Assembly (NCBI GenBank): GCA_051362555.1
Contig: CM120643.1
Span: 24,990,848 to 25,054,847 of the forward strand
Source: Lingula anatina
Taxonomy: Eukaryota; Animalia; Brachiopoda
Direction: 5' to 3'
Length of the DNA: 64,000 nt
The notes below the pieces were generated by a model. That model had not been told where the DNA came from. It worked only from the letters and a program-made list of their open reading frames with translations, and did no database searches. Positions 40,478-55,077 of this stretch are shown here, piece after piece. A program made the position numbers and the translations under genes. How positions within the stretch are numbered: position 1 is the stretch's first letter; each line of letters starts with the position of its first letter.

Positions 40478-43400
40478 TAAGTTGGCCTTTATACCCCGCC
40501 TTAGCTGACCAACTAAACCTTTGGACTTATGCAAAAAAGGGCTGTTCTGTAGTACCCCCTGAACCCACCTTGCCTGCGTGGGGGGTGGGGGTAAGTGCAG
40601 ATGTACTTGCATAACCCGCTTTGCAATTGCTCTTTGTTAAATGTTCAGTGGTCGTGTGCATGTGTCTTCTCCAAATAAAATGTAAATTATAGATCTATGT
40701 GTATTTTGGTACCTGAGCTAAGACATATGCTAACCACTGAAAGTAGATAAAGATATTATTAAATAGGCAGTTATATACTGCATTAGATATAACGGGCTTT
40801 ATGTCCTGGCACCAACTCAGTTTCTTCAGTCTTTGAGAATTAATTTAGGCAATGAAAAGCAATTTATAACCAGAAAGAACAGCACCCCTCAGGCAAAACA
40901 CATGCAGAGCTCAACATGACAGAGTAACAGTGCATATATCATTGTACTTTGCAGAGATTGGAGCGATTTTAGGTATCACCTAGCTTCATAGCAGGCTCAA
41001 ATGTAATCATTTACAGGGCATGAACTTTTAACACACCATTCCAAAATTTGGATAAAATATACAGCGTATTAACCATGCAGATCAGGGGCGCCATGCGCGT
41101 GCGTGTGTAGGCCCTGACGCAGTGAGGAAAGAGGCACTCACACACCACGACTTAAAAAGACAACGTCAAAGAGGAAACGCGATGATTCAGTTAAGTCCCG
41201 CGGTCGGTTTCTTGGCATCATTTTGAAGGTGCATTGTCAATGAAGGAAACGAAACGATTTGCCGGTGTCATCCTTTTGCTTGTAAGGTGACAGTGGGGTC
41301 GTGGTTGTTTGTAGCGACTTAAACGGTGGGAAATTCTGAGCAAAAAAACAATGTGATGTCTACTTTGCGGCTTTGTATTTGGTGAATTTTTTCTCGAGGG
41401 AGGTGTTTAAGACCATCAGAAAAGCGTGATGCTTTGATGTATTTTCCGCTAATTGTCTTTCTCTATAAGCACATCGGTCCCAATGATTGAATGAACCCCA
41501 AACAATAGGTCATAAACATCTATGTCGGGTAAAATTTACGTTTTTTCTAACCATTGTTTTTGGTTGATTCACCGTCCTCATTTTAGTCACATGTGTATAA
41601 AAAGAATCGAAAAAAAGTTCGGAGCAACATCAAGACACCAATGTTGCATATATCGTTTATCATATAATATCATGAAAAAATCGGGCATATTCGTTGAATA
41701 TAAAATAACCCCCTCCCTCACAAAACAATAAATGATCGTTCTATATTCAGTTAAATGCAGAATGCACATTTCAAAACCATTGATCTTCAAATCCTGTCAT
41801 CCATTCGTGACGGTGAGAAATGAGGTCTGAAATTTTAAGATTCTCATTCTCAAATTTAACTGAGAGAGTTCACAGGTCTGCCTATTTGCGCATGTAAAAA
41901 AAAGAATCATTATTATTTTGAAAACGATTTCCATCAAATCACGTTGGTTTTACAAGAAGCTGCGAGTTTTTAAAAACCTTTTCCTCGTTAAAGATATAAA
42001 TGTCAAGGCACGCTGCTGAACATCTTTGACTCTTAAGGACAGGTGTGATGTCGAAATGATCATTAAACAGTTTGTTAAGTTTATTACGCGCAGACGACCC
42101 TTCAGTCTTCCCTCACTTTAAACGGCGTTGGCTCCACAATATAACGGATACACACGCGGTCGTTAACGTCTTCAACACAGTACCGAGGGTGTGCCAGAGT
42201 TTTTTTGCCTGTGACTTTTATGTATCGTCTGCTGCCTTTCATTTATCGTTAATTTTGTTTAAATAACGGACGGAAAAGGACGATTTTCAACGCTAACCGA
42301 TCACTCTCTTGCCCGTTCTCCTTCGTTTACTCTCTATTATTTTTTGTCTATTTCTTCGCCTCGAGGAGCACGGAGTTTGAATGACAGAACCATGCGATGA
42401 ACTTCTGAGTTACTACTGTACAGTAATCCTATGTGTATGAAAAGAGACAGTTACCAATGAATTATCAGAATAATTTTCAGGCTGATCTAACTTGCTCACT
42501 TCTACTATTTCTCATCGTTTTAATCTGTAATAATATTGCAAATGAAATAGCATGAAAACCAATTAATCTATTACATCTATCACTTATGTTTTACTCTTTT
42601 TTTTTTTTTTTTTTTTTTTTTTTGTGAAGGTGCTGATCACAAAGAGAAAAACACCGCCGGCAACGGAAACGAGAAAATCCCTTGGCATCGAGAGAAGAAA
42701 GACCGATCGAAATTGTCTGCGGTGAAAGCGGTGAATTCATGAAGTCAGATATATTAATTCACTCTTAGTAGCCTCTGGTCAGTTCGCTCGACCGTTTTAC
42801 AGATGTGGTGAAAGAGTCTGGTAAAACTGTCAATAAAAGTCGCCCGTGGCTACTTGAAAAGATTTGAGAAATAAACTGACCGTCCAGGTGGTATACTGGT
42901 GAAATGTGCATAGTGAAAATCTGGGAAGAACGTTTTTTCATACATTAGTCTTTCTGTAAAGACACTTTTGATGCAATGCGTCTATACGAAACGAATAATG
43001 TCACTTGCTGCCAACTGTACATATTTTGTATTACTTCTTTTGTTTTCATGGCTTATTTTTTTTCTCTTTGTTAATAACATGCCGAGGAATAAAGCTACAT
43101 ACCTTCGTTTTTGTACAGTATTTTTTCCTTAATATAAAAAAGGACAAAAGACATGTTTCTGCTGAAAATACGGGAAAAGGGTGAATGGGGAACAGACCAG
43201 AAGGATACGATGTAGGATAAAGCAATTCTGACTAAATCAGTCCTGACTACACTCAAAATGATGAAGCATAAAAATATGACTTTTGTTATATTGATAATTG
43301 CTGCTGAAATTAATAAATAAATAGTAATGATAAAACGTAATAGTAACACGGACCAAAGACATATTTGATCATATTTTCATCTCAAGGTGTCATGAAAGAT

Positions 43401-46260
43401 AACTAGCCGGAAATGCAGATATAACGTTAACACAACAGTAATATCATTGAATTAAACCCCGACAAATCTCCTTTCTTAGACTAGGATCCGTCTACCTCGT
43501 GTATTTACCTAGTTTATCAGTGAACAGAACAAAAACACCTTACTTATTTCTTGATCCTTTGAAGCAGTCTTGAACGCACGCGCGGGATATCTACATCTCA
43601 TCTAGATCATCTACAAGAGATTTAAAGTCAACAGATCAACAGCGGTCGAAATCACTAAAAATAAACTCTCGGAAATGTCTGCAAGTGGCTGTGAATTAGA
43701 CGTCTCGTGGTCAGCCAGATACGTAACCAGAGCTGGACTGGTAGTGACTCTTATCGGTGTATGATACCGATTTACCGGTAACCGCTAATACTGACAAATA
43801 AACAAGTTGAAGTAGGAAACCTCTTGTCCGTTCTGACTAATTGGAGATGTTCTTCAACAGTATATTTAAGATATTTGTAACCTTTAATCAGTGTAGTGGC
43901 GTAGCTTTTATTGAAAAACTATAATATGCATCATTGTTTGGAAGTTGTTCTCTCTCTCTTTCTCTCTCTGAAAGTTCATGGGTGTTAAAGTAAAAGTGAT
44001 ACAAACATAACAAAATTATTTCAGCAGCAGCAGGCTTAGAAGAAATAATATGAGTTTAAAAACAAACGTAAAATACATGCATATATGATGGTATATATAA
44101 ATACAAAGAGAAACGAAGGAGAAATAAACATGATCTGACTACAGAAACTCTCAGTTTTAAGACAAACATAAAATTCGGTTCCAGCTCTCTGTTGTTATTT
44201 CAAATTCACAAACTTGATTTAATGTTTCCTTTTTCTGATTTATCACCCAGCCGAATGATTAACCCAGCAAAATGGCGGCTGTGAAGGTATTTTGTTCTGT
44301 TGCCAGTTGTATTGCCAATGAGGCGCAACCGTTACCACTTGTCCCGTAGTCATTACAACCATTTTAGCAAAACATAACACCCGTTATGTCGCTCATGCAG
44401 AAACTAACATACATTTAGAATTCCTCGCAGCGACAGTTGTTGTACCGTGGTTGAGGGAGATGGGGAAGCAACTGGGCGAAATGGACCTGTTTTTGACATA
44501 AAAACCTGGCAAGATTGAGCAGGTTATGGAAGATTAACCTGATAAACTTGAGGAAGTGGCCCCAATACCTTTTCAATATATGTGTATATGCATATATTTG
44601 GGCGTTAGTGCAAAAGTGTTCCTTTCTTAAATGCCTCACCTATTACTTAACGTTTCTTCTAGGAGCCGCTTACCAAGAACGTTAAAAAACAATGCACCAT
44701 TAACATAAGGCATCCTACTGCACAAAGTCACCATAAGTTTGTCGTTTTAGTAGTCTCTCCAGTTGGTTATGGATTCTGTTAATGTTATCACTCGATTTCG
44801 ATTTTTTTACACGTGAAATTCTTTATTCGTTCAAGTTTGATTATTTAAATGGTATCAGTATAGTTTTTTTTTCAAAAATATTCTATCAACTGTTTTTTTC
44901 ACGTCAAACAAAATCAATCATCAACAATTTTATGTCCATGAAAATTATTTGCGAAGTTTTTTTGAGGGGTTGGTGAGGTATGGGGGTGAAACAAAGAAAA
45001 ATGGCCATTTTATTATTTCTCTCTTTCCCTAAGCGCGAAATATTGGTACAATTTATTAAGGGAATCTTTGTTTACAAATGAAAATAGTAAACAATGGATG
45101 GAAAACTCTCTGTGACTTTTTAGCTACCAACTGATATTTAAAATGCGATGAGAAATGAAAAATATATAAGAGAAAAGACAAAACTGAAAGGAATAGAAGA
45201 GGAGTAGATTTTTAGATACCATACTGACAATTTCGTTACGTATTGCAATGTAAACTAATGAGGCATGACTTATTGATAAAATACTGAGCTTGGCACTATC
45301 ACTGTACGTTCTATAATATTACAAGAAAGTTGTGAACAAAAAATGAAATTTTGAAATCTTTAATTTTTGCAATAACTTTTTTCCCAAGCGATATACTAGA
45401 AATTTATTTGGGAGTGCTATGTATTTAGAACCGATCAAAGCAAGAAAGGAAGAGTGCATCGTAAATTGAGATTCATTTCCCATGGACTTCTATCATTTTT
45501 AACAAATTGGCTATGACGGCAGACAGGTACGTTCTAAGCTCTACCTATCTCTACCTTTCCCACGATTGGCAATTAGCAGTGGGTGCTTGAGTACGAAAGA
45601 AAGCGTAGTTTTGCCCGGGAGAATCTTCACCAAGACGCTTCAATCATCCGCCATGTTTTCAATCAGATCTTGCAAGTGTCCGCCTCGCGTATGACCTCAC
45701 CTCATTTCGCCCGTCACGTGCGGACACCTATGGATATCTGTAAAAATATCCTGCTTCAAAAACCTCCACGCCGGAAACGGAGAGCGTCCGCAGGTTCAAA
45801 CACGAAAGGAAATCTCCGAAATTTCTTAGCAATCGTAATTTTGGATGATTGCATTTGGAAAAAGATCGGGACCTGTGGTTAGAAGGCGGTAACGTGAGAT
45901 TGCGCAGCTCTTCTTTCAAACCAGTACAGGAGAAATTTTGGCAGGTATCGCCTGCCAAAACTGTGTGGGCATGAAAGGTTTGATTTTGGCCTCTCTCTAA
46001 TTGAAGTTTTAAACCATTATTGTAAAAATATATAATAAAATAGCTTTATTGTTGTAGATGATTCATTTATGACACCCTAGAAAATTGTATCTTTTTAAAC
46101 ATATCTCCATTTACACTGACCGTGCGAAATCGTCAATTATTGAAGATACTTACTGTGCAGAGTATCTTATACCCTTTTTTCTTCCGTTTTGGCAGGTCTT
46201 ACTTTTAAACTCTTTTATTTTACTTTCTTTTCCCCCTTTTGTGTGTTTTTAAAAGTTCGT

Positions 46261-46295
<35 letters not shown>

Positions 46296-49200
46296 GTGGA
46301 GCCCAACATGTCATTTTATGGCAGGTGAGGGGGCCGATAAATACATAAAAACCAGAGGTGTGCGAACATAACCATCAGCATTGGCGGCTGAAATTCTGAC
46401 ACTTACAGTTTTAAACAGGTTGAACTAAGAGAAAACGAGCACGTGTATTCTTCTCAAGGCGAAGGATAGACGAGGCACGGAGAGCCAACAGAGAGAAAAC
46501 AATACGATCGTCCGTATCACATTTCGAAGATTTCACGACTCATTAATTTCTTTGAAAAGCCTCGCGTGTCTTTTGGGCCCCTTTGAGCTCGTGATGATCG
46601 TTAAATGTTTCTAAACAATCGCTTTCGGTCCCTCTTGTTGTCAGGGACTTCGTTTCGTGATCATTCTCCGGCCATATGTTTTTATGCCGTAATTAACCTG
46701 TCGAAAAAACGCAGGTGTTTTACTCAATCAATGACGGCGCGTGGCCGGGAGACATAGAGTTTTTAGAAATCCTTGAGTTTTACCGTTCACTCTTGTCGTC
46801 ATTTTGCCATCCACTTCTTTTTTAATTATTTGGCTATTAAAAACTGAACTTGCCCCGAAGCTTTGTTGTTGCAAGCATACCTGCGCTTTAAATCTTGGAC
46901 GAAAACAATGTCATGTAATATGTCATGTGAGCAAGACACAAATTAATTGACGTGGTCGAATCAGCCGCCGCAACGGAGGCAAGCCTCTGTCTGAAGGTGC
47001 CTCTCATCACACCAAACGAATTACGGTTAACCACTGAAAACTTTTTAAAGCTCATCAACATTTAAAGTCGAAATTGGTGAGTTTTTTGTTTAGGGAGAGC
47101 CAAAGAGTGTTGATTGGCCCCTCGAGCGTCCCATTTTTTTGCGTCAGGGATTTTATTTGTCAAATATCGTGCAACCAAATTTATCTGGTTTCCGGTCCCG
47201 ACGAATACAGTCTACCTCAACTGATGACATGTAGTTATTACAGTGCAACTATTAAAAATTTGGGTGGAAGAGATAAGTTTTTAAAACTTTTTAGAACTGT
47301 CTGTCTCCTATTCACTGCTTCTATGATTACAGCATACTTAAAGCAAGGAATTACATAGTATATTATTCTTTGCTTAAGGCATCAAACAGGACGGTTTGCG
47401 AAACACTTCACGGACTGCAAACAGCAGTGTGCTACACATTATTGTAATCATGCCATCTTAAGTGGTAAAATCTCAAAAAAGAGGGTTTAGTTTTTGTCAC
47501 TTGTACGCGACCCACTCAATGAATGTGGCAAGCGATGTAAAAATTCTCAGTACTTGATGTATGAAAATCAGAAAGAGAAACAAACACTTTTAAGCGTTTT
47601 ATCTATCTATCTATCTATCTATGGAGAGAGAGAGGGATCAGCAACGATCTGCATAATATGTTACTTTGCTGTTCATCATCATTTTTCATTGCTTTAACTC
47701 ATGTTCTTCGATCATCTTAAACGTTCCACCCCGTAAAATATGCGGCAGGAATGTTATTTAAAGGATGATAAAAATGTTACATAGATGTAACGTAACGAGC
47801 CATGTAATTAGTCGACTTAATCACCTCATTATAGGCTCATTAAGTCTTCCACGTGCGCGCTACACTGGGCGGGTGCTGGAGAAAAACAGTTATTTATCTT
47901 CATTATAGGTGAGATTCTTCATCTTGCAAGTCAGAAGTTGAAACGATTATTAAAACAACATCAGTGAAAAATCTCTTTAAAAAAAAAAAAAAAAAAATCC
48001 ACACAATATATGTCGCTAATAACGGGCGGAATGAAAGTGACAACTTGCCAAATGAAATGCTACGCCTACATGTACAACTTCTTTAATTTCATTGAGTGTG
48101 GAATTAGACGTTCATGCAATTTATTATTATACAGAATGCTTATGTCGATAGTTGTCATAAACGTTATAAATTTCTGGTGCTAAGAATAAACCCTACTGAA
48201 GATTTTATTCATTAAAAAAATTAACTGAGACAAAAAAATTTTCAGAATTGCACAGGCTTTAATTTACATAATACAGGATACACAGAAAAGTGAAATACAA
48301 TATTAGAATTGTTTCCCATGCTCTCAAAGCAAGACATGCGTAGAAATGATAGAGTGATGTTTACATGAAGTGACACATTTTGAGTCCTCGGGTAAAAACG
48401 TCTTAAAAGTCTATCTATCAACTGGAATAAAATAAAGGGCCAGGACGCGGCAAAGGTGTCCCCGTAAGCCATTTGAAATAGAATGAGTTTACGTACAAAA
48501 AACCGTTGTAGATCGATGTCACGTATGTAAACGCTTGATTGCAACCTTCCCCATGATATCATACTAAAACCATGTCAGTTTGCTCGTCGTGTTTAGCTTT
48601 GGGACTGGCATAACTTAGGGGATACATAGGTGGAAATGGGGGGTGGGTGGGTAGGGGGGGGGGGGGGCGCGTCTTAAACTGCGCATAGAAGTAGGCCTAA
48701 AACGGCTGTAACAAGAAAGTTTTGAATGTGGCTTTATACAGAGTAAGTGAACATGCCTATCCCATCTAAAGTAATCTTTTAGACCCAGGGGTGGAAAGGC
48801 ATTACTGTAATAAAGGCCTAGAACTACCACAGTCTCTTTGCAATTATTCGTTCTCTCTAATTAACATGCACAGCAGATATTTAGAAATTGCGCCAAAATA
48901 TAGGGGGTTCACAAATGTTAAGGGAAATTTTATTTTGTGATCCTGTTCACATAAACATTTACTTAAAATGCATAAGGTCTAAAATATGGTGACAAACAAG
49001 TTGCCTGGTTAAAAAGAAGTTCGTTTTAGGATCAGGGAGGGGGCTAATTAAATCTCCAGCTGCATTTCACGGGGTTATAATGTATCTATTGCTACGTTTA
49101 AAGATGGACTCAGTCAACAAAATCACTTGCTCATCGAACACCAATCAAAGAGCTTGTCTAGCGGACACAGCAAAACATTAAAATGTGCCTCAGATGATTT

Positions 49201-49689
49201 TGATGCGGAAGGGCTTTTGGTGCATGTCGGTCATATCCGATGCGGTTGTTGAGACAGGGGTTAGTCGTTCTTTCATCTAGCACTTGTCCAAAATAACGTG
49301 GTGGTTGTCATGCCGTTTGGATTGGAAATGGTCAGTTCAGGTGACAATTCTCCAAGCATTTTTAAAATGAGCTTGTTTGTCCTTCGTTCTATAGGCTTCG
49401 CTCTTTTACTCAAATAATAAAAGTCCAAGAAGTCCCCTATTCATTCTTTATTAAGAACGGTTCGTCTTGAAGATAAATACTTAGTATCGGGGTTGAGCAG
49501 ACTGTCCTTTCTTATGACCTTTGCCTTGGAAGCATGTGGGTTTGAAACTTACATGTTGCATCGACGAAATCAGGTGTAATATTTAAGAAGACTTTGAGTT
49601 TTTACTTATAATTTTAATGGTGCATGTAGAAGCAAACCTGCTGGTGGAAGGGACAGGGGCACAGGTGCAAACAAGGTAATATGTACTCT

Positions 49690-49780
49690 TACTAAGCGGG
49701 CCTTACCCGCCCGGTAACTCGGATACAGTGGCCGCGGTACTCCGCTTAGCACGAGATCTGTTTGGAGGGCGAGCCAGGTT
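49690..49780 (+). promoter_or_regulatory. Candidate ACSF3 promoter / non-coding first exon
   Basis: Short GC/CpG-rich island ending in a possible donor ccag|gttatg (49777/49778), just before CpG depletion begins; the next acceptor tttcag ending at 51337 precedes the ATG. Confidence 0.35.
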
Positions 49781-50518
49781 ATGTGTTGATGTAACCAGTC
49801 GCTACAAGTTCCAAATATACTACATTGAATCACATTTGATTGATGTGACAACTTATAGTTACATTGTTTAGGTATTTCACTACACAGATGAATGGCTGCA
49901 CAAGGGAATGTACTGCATACTGATTTATAATGTGTTGTGGGGGGTTCAGGTTTAATAAAAAGGCCTCCCACAGTGACATGCTCTGGTCATTCCTTTCACT
50001 GTACCATCGGTTGATCACCTGTGCATTTGCAGGAAATTTGCAAGGCCAAATTTCAAAAAAGCTGAGCTGCAGTTTTTCTGTATATCTCTTCTGTGCTCCT
50101 GGGGATAGTCTTTCCTCGTACTGTTACGCTGTTGTGAAGGAAAGAGTTGTTTAAATGTAGCAAAACACTGCTTTTGATGAGCAATTTTTTTTAAACTGTC
50201 CATTTCAAACTATGGGGAAAACAAACTGGCAGTCTTATGGCTTGTGTCCCCCAAACATTGTGCTTGACAGTGTTCTGCCCACTTTTTACATCATGCCGAC
50301 TTCTAGAAAGCAAGTGTTTTCAAGGTGCAGTGCCTGGCCAACTAAGGCACATGCTGTGATTGAGTATGCTTACGTTTGGGCCTTTAAAGTATGCACTACT
50401 TCTATTAGCAGCACCAAATTATCAGAAACTCTTTATTCAATTGATGCAAGGACTGGGAAAAAGAGGAGCTTATCGAGGGTGCTACAAGTGTATGCAAGAA
50501 AGTCCTGCAAGCATAATG

Positions 50519-50551
<33 letters not shown>

Positions 50552-50600
50552 ATATATATATATTTTAAAGTAAAATTGTTCTTCCTGTACGAGTATATAT

Positions 50601-50914
50601 TATATATATTAAAAAGAAAAAGAAACAGCAGCTATTTTGCCCCGACCGGTTTCATTCTTTCTTCAGGGGGTTTTGTTTATTTGTTATTAGGTGATGTCAT
50701 AAAGGTTAAAATGTGACGTCTGTAACAATGGGTCTTTAATTGTTGCTTTAACCAATGCTATTATCTATTCAATGTAGGTTTATACTTATTAATGAATAGA
50801 TTTTCTTTCATTTCCCTTTCTGTTTGGATTGTTTCCCTAGTGAATTTATAAAATGGGAATACCGTAAAGGGTAAGAAATGGTATATGGTATTCCCATTTT
50901 ATAAATTCACTATT

Positions 50915-50998
<84 letters not shown>

Positions 50999-51265
50999 AA
51001 AGAAAAAGAAGAACAGCAACTTTCTTGCCCCGACCGGTTTCTTTCTTTCTTCAGGGGGTTTTGTTTATTTGTTACTAGGTGATGTCATAAAGGCTTAAAT
51101 GTGACGTCTTTAACAATGAGTGTTTAATTGTTACTTTTACCAATGCTTTTATCTATTCAATGTAGGTTTATACTTATTAATGAATAGATTTTCTTTTATT
51201 TCCCTTTCTGTTTGGGTTGTTTTGGAGATTTTCTTTTATTTCCCTTTCTGTTTGGGTTGTTTTGG
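50601..51265. repeat. ~235-bp direct duplication (50601-50836 / 50991-51222) with (TA)n and a local ~40-bp tandem
   Basis: Shared gcccgaccggtttc...ttcagggggttttgtttatttg...ctattcaatgtaggtttatacttattaatgaatagattttc; (TA)n at ~50920-50994. Confidence 0.85.
50838..50912. repeat. 29-bp near-perfect inverted repeat (mini-MITE or hairpin)
   Basis: tagtgaatttataaaatgggaataccgta / tatggtattcccattttataaattcacta; 17-nt loop; one G-T pair; TA at both ends. Confidence 0.85.
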
Positions 51266-51371
51266 AAACACTGGTAGTACTCATAGTATTTAGTCAGTGT
51301 CTTATTTAATAAATTTAGCATTTCTTACCCATTTCAGATTTCTATAGGCAGTTACCATATAAAAAGTTATT

Positions 51372-52145
51372 ATGTGGAGGAAGTGGAATGTGGGTGTGAG
51401 CCACTGTGTAGGCTCATTTTCCCATGGGATGATCCAGCAGAAAATAAGCAATAAGGTCCATTACAGACAGTTTGGAATTTTACTGAACAGTTTGTCTTCT
51501 TGCCGTCATGTACAGGGTTCTGCAAATGGCAGGCAGAGTTGTATAAGATTAACCTCAGGGCATGCCATGTATGCTGTACAATTCTCTAATGCTGGCATGA
51601 GATCTCACGTGGCATGCTACAGTAGCAGTGCCAAGAAGTCGATGCATCCGGATGTGATAACAGCACTTTGTGAGTATGAAAACAGGACAGCAATCCAGGA
51701 TGTCCATGGAGAACACAGCTATCTGAAATTGTACAACAGGAGTCTTGCTCTCCAATCTAAAATTTTAAAAACCACAAATAGCAGGAGTTTGAAAGAAGCC
51801 AGGGTTGCATTTCTGTGCCCCAATGACATATCTTATGTAGTGACCTTGTATGCAATCTGGCTGTCAGGTGGAGTCGCCGTGCCTCTTTCCAAGACACACC
51901 CAGCCCCTGAGCTGGAGTATTTTATCCAAGACTCCGAAAGCTCTCTTGTTATCACAACAGAGGCACTGGAGGACAAGATTAAGCCAGTTGCTGAACAACA
52001 TTCTATTTCTTGTTTAACATTAGAAGATGGGGATTTTTTAGGTGAAACGGAACCTGATATAAAAAAGAAGGGTTTGGTCAAGAAAGATTTACTCAGGAGG
52101 AGAGCTTTAATGATATACACAAGTGGTACAACAGGTAGACCAAAG
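51372..52145 (+). CDS. ACSF3: ACSF3 malonyl-CoA synthetase, mitochondrial; first coding exon
   Basis: Basic, acid-poor N-terminus (transit-peptide-like), GGVAVPL and the AMP-binding P-loop IYTSGTTGRPK; donor at 52146. Seven exons total 1914 nt = 637 aa + stop. Confidence 0.93.
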
Positions 52146-52523
52146 GTAATGTTAACCAGGTGTTTGAATATTCTTTTACACAATGAAACTACCTCTCACA
52201 GAAGTTGTTCAATGTCATAATTATTTATACTAGCGGGACTTCTCTATCAGGAACTATCAACGTGATAGACATGAATAAACAATTCCTTTTTGTGGCAAGG
52301 TGATTTTATTAAATTATATTCATACCACTGTACTTTTTATAAGACTAGTCCTTGGAGTATTTGTTTTATCAAAATTGTTTTAATTTTTTCTTGTCCATCC
52401 TTTTTACCCTTCAAATTCACTAAAATGTACACATTAAGATTTTTAATAAATATAATCAAATGATAAAAATTTAGGCTCCTTGACCTTCTCCCTTCTTGAT
52501 TTCCTTCTACAACTTTTCTTTAG

Positions 52524-52715
52524 GGAGTGGTCCATACCTTTGGTAGCCTCCACTCTCAGATGAAAGACATGGTACAGGCTTGGGAATGGACAGAAAACGA
52601 CTGCGTGTTACATGTGCTGCCACTCCATCACGTGCATGGAATTGTCAACGTCCTCATGACACCACTTTTCTGCGGAGCAACTTGCTACATGCTGCCTGAG
52701 TTTAATGCCAGAAAT
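52524..52715 (+). CDS. ACSF3: ACSF3 coding exon 2
   Basis: GVVHTFG...AWEWTENDCVLHVLPLHHVHGIVN...PEFNARN; tag acceptor, weak donor gtagat. Confidence 0.9.
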
Positions 52716-52801
52716 GTAGATTGTTGTGTTTTTTTTTCTTGTGGGGTGTATAGTGTTTCTTTCTTTCCTCTCCTTCTCCCACTTCCTCTGATCCCCTCCA
52801 A

Positions 52802-52836
<35 letters not shown>

Positions 52837-53054
52837 TATGTGTTTGCATGTGGTAGGTTGACTGGTAAATAACCAGTCTTTAAGCTGAATGGTGTTTCTT
52901 AAAAATACTTTCAGCTATCCATTAGAATATTTAGTGAATTAACTAATGCAGGACTAATTTTCACATTTGCAACTTGTAGCATCCCCTTTGGATTTGATAG
53001 CCTCTTTCACTCACATGAAATATGACAACAATCAAAACCAAGGACCAAATCATT

Positions 53055-53599
53055 GAGCGCATTCTCAACGAATTAAGCCAGGCTTTACAAAGCCGGTGAC
53101 CTAAAAATGGCGGACATACATGAAAGAAAAACCGCTTAATCTTTTAATAGTCTCTCCGCCTCTCACACGCCTCCCCACACGTCGTCCCTGTGGGGTACAG
53201 TAATTAAATCTCAGCTCCGAACATTAATATTTCCGTGAATATCTCTGGTGATATTATCTCCGTAGATAGTCAATTCATTGCTGCTCTACGGGCCAAATTA
53301 TTCCTTTTTGTCTCTGTTTTCAAAGATAATAGAACAGAAGAGCTTTTTTCCTTCGATCGCCTTCAGCCGCCATGCTTTCTTCACCACGAGTTTAACTGAT
53401 GAGCATGCGCACTTAATATTTCTCAGGTAGCTTCCGCATGGCGAACGGAGACGCGATTTAATTACTGCACCCCGCAGGGACGACGTGTGGGGAGGCGGAG
53501 AGACTATTAAAAGATTAGGCAGTTTTTCTTTCATGTACGTCCGCCATTTTTAGGTCACCGGCTTTGTAAAGCCTGGCTTAATTCGTTGAGAATGCGCTC
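53055..53599. mobile_element. MITE with ~160-bp terminal inverted repeats in ACSF3 intron
   Basis: gagcgcattctcaacgaattaagccaggctttacaaagccggtgacc... mirrored at the right end; flanked by ATT/ATT (also readable as CATTG because the target is palindromic), suggestive of the PIF/Harbinger-ISL2EU-Spy superfamily. Confidence 0.9.
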
Positions 53600-53653
53600 A
53601 TTGATATAAGTGTGCAGTTGTCATTTTAAGTGAAGTTCTCTGGCATTTGACAG

Positions 53654-53817
53654 GTTTGGAAGTGCCTCATGAGCTCGGTGCCCATTGGAGGCAATCGTGT
53701 CAACATGTTTATGGCAGTACCCACCATATATGCCAAGCTGATAGAGGAGTATGAAGAAGCAGATTATAGCAGTTTCATAACGGATGCAATTAAAACTGTG
53801 TGTTCCTCCTGTATAAG
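53654..53817 (+). CDS. ACSF3: ACSF3 coding exon 3
   Basis: VWKCLMSS...RVNMFMAVPTIYAKLIEEY...; cag/gtaaga. Confidence 0.92.
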
Positions 53818-54357
53818 GTAAGATGATGCATGGGGCTTGTTTTACCAAACTTAACCCAGAAAATTGGTCTGAACTTTTGAATGAAAATTTCTGTCTTCTT
53901 TTAATCCAAAATAAATATTAAGAATTAGTTATGGGTAAAATGTTGCGCTCGTTTAAAAACAAGAAAGAAATTTGGTAATATTATAGAAATAATGCTTCTT
54001 TTAAAGTGATTTGCTATTGTGTGTGTGTGTGTGTGTGTGCGTGCCCGCGTGTGTGCGTGCATGCATGCGTGCGTGCATGGAGAGGCTGGTTGTCAGAAGA
54101 TGAAAACTGAGACAAGGATCGAGGCATTTGAGCCAGTCATTGGCATGTTTGCAGCACAGTAGCATCTTGATGGTGGCTGATGAATGTTATGATTGCAGGG
54201 AAAGAGGGTCTTTATCCAAAAAGTACAATAAGACAATTTAAACAGCATTACAACTATCTTCTCTAAGCCATGTTTGTTTGAGTGCATTTTTTTTTGGTGG
54301 GGGGGGTGATTTACTCAGTCCACACCCTCATACATCTTTGAACATCTCTCAATCTAA

Positions 54358-55048
54358 AGCCCCATTCACACCTACATGGTTAATCGAGATTAAGGGAATC
54401 GCGATTCTAACGCGCTTAGCTAAATTCACTTTTTTGCGTTCACACATGTAAAAACGAAATCGCGATTTACCTAGCTAGATCTGGTAATTGCAACTGCGCT
54501 TGCTAGGGGAGTCACGGTATATCCTGTTGATCATGCGCAGTAGCTGCCTTCAAGACCATGCTTTCGGTTTGTGCGTTGTTATTTTCCATTTAATACTTTC
54601 ATCGGCCCAAATATTTAGTTATGCTGCCACTGAGTTTTCAGACCAGAACGTCCTCTTGGCCATTTTGCTGACTACGAAGAAACTTGAAATTGCGTGGACA
54701 GTTTGTTTTCTTTCACTTTCCAGTCGGCGAATAGCTGTATTTAGCTAATGTTTCGTTTCAATTTATACCCGACATGAAATAAAATTTATTGTATTGTATT
54801 ATATTGTACTTTCGATAGAAACTTGCACGCCTCTTAAGTCCTCAACTTCCGGTGCTTATATCGATCCCGTTCTCACTAGGAAATTTTATATCGCGATTTA
54901 AGTTTACATCGATAGAATCCACCTCTCAAGTAGGATTAATTTGAATCGCGATTTGACGTCTCTACTGCGTTCACACTAGAAGCTTTACATCGATAGAATT
55001 GCGATTTGGCACTAATAGCGATTGAAAGTGTCTCGTGTGAATGGGGCT
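54358..55048. mobile_element. Harbinger-like MITE in ACSF3 intron
   Basis: Perfect 14-bp TIRs agccccattcacac / gtgtgaatggggct; repeated subterminal palindrome aatcgcgatt; CpG-rich within a CpG-poor intron; TSD imperfect. Confidence 0.8.
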
Positions 55049-55077
55049 ATTAAGTAAACGTCCCCTTCTACCTCCAG

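Noticed and set aside
44268-44292. caaaATGGCGGCTGTGAAG|gtattt as a micro first exon of ACSF3
   Set aside because: Splicing to the acceptors before the ACSF3 ATG is out of frame or meets a stop; better read as an isolated YY1-like motif.
48637-48668. G-rich run with G-quadruplex potential
   Set aside because: Poly-G runs recur throughout the window; nothing indicates a specific function here.
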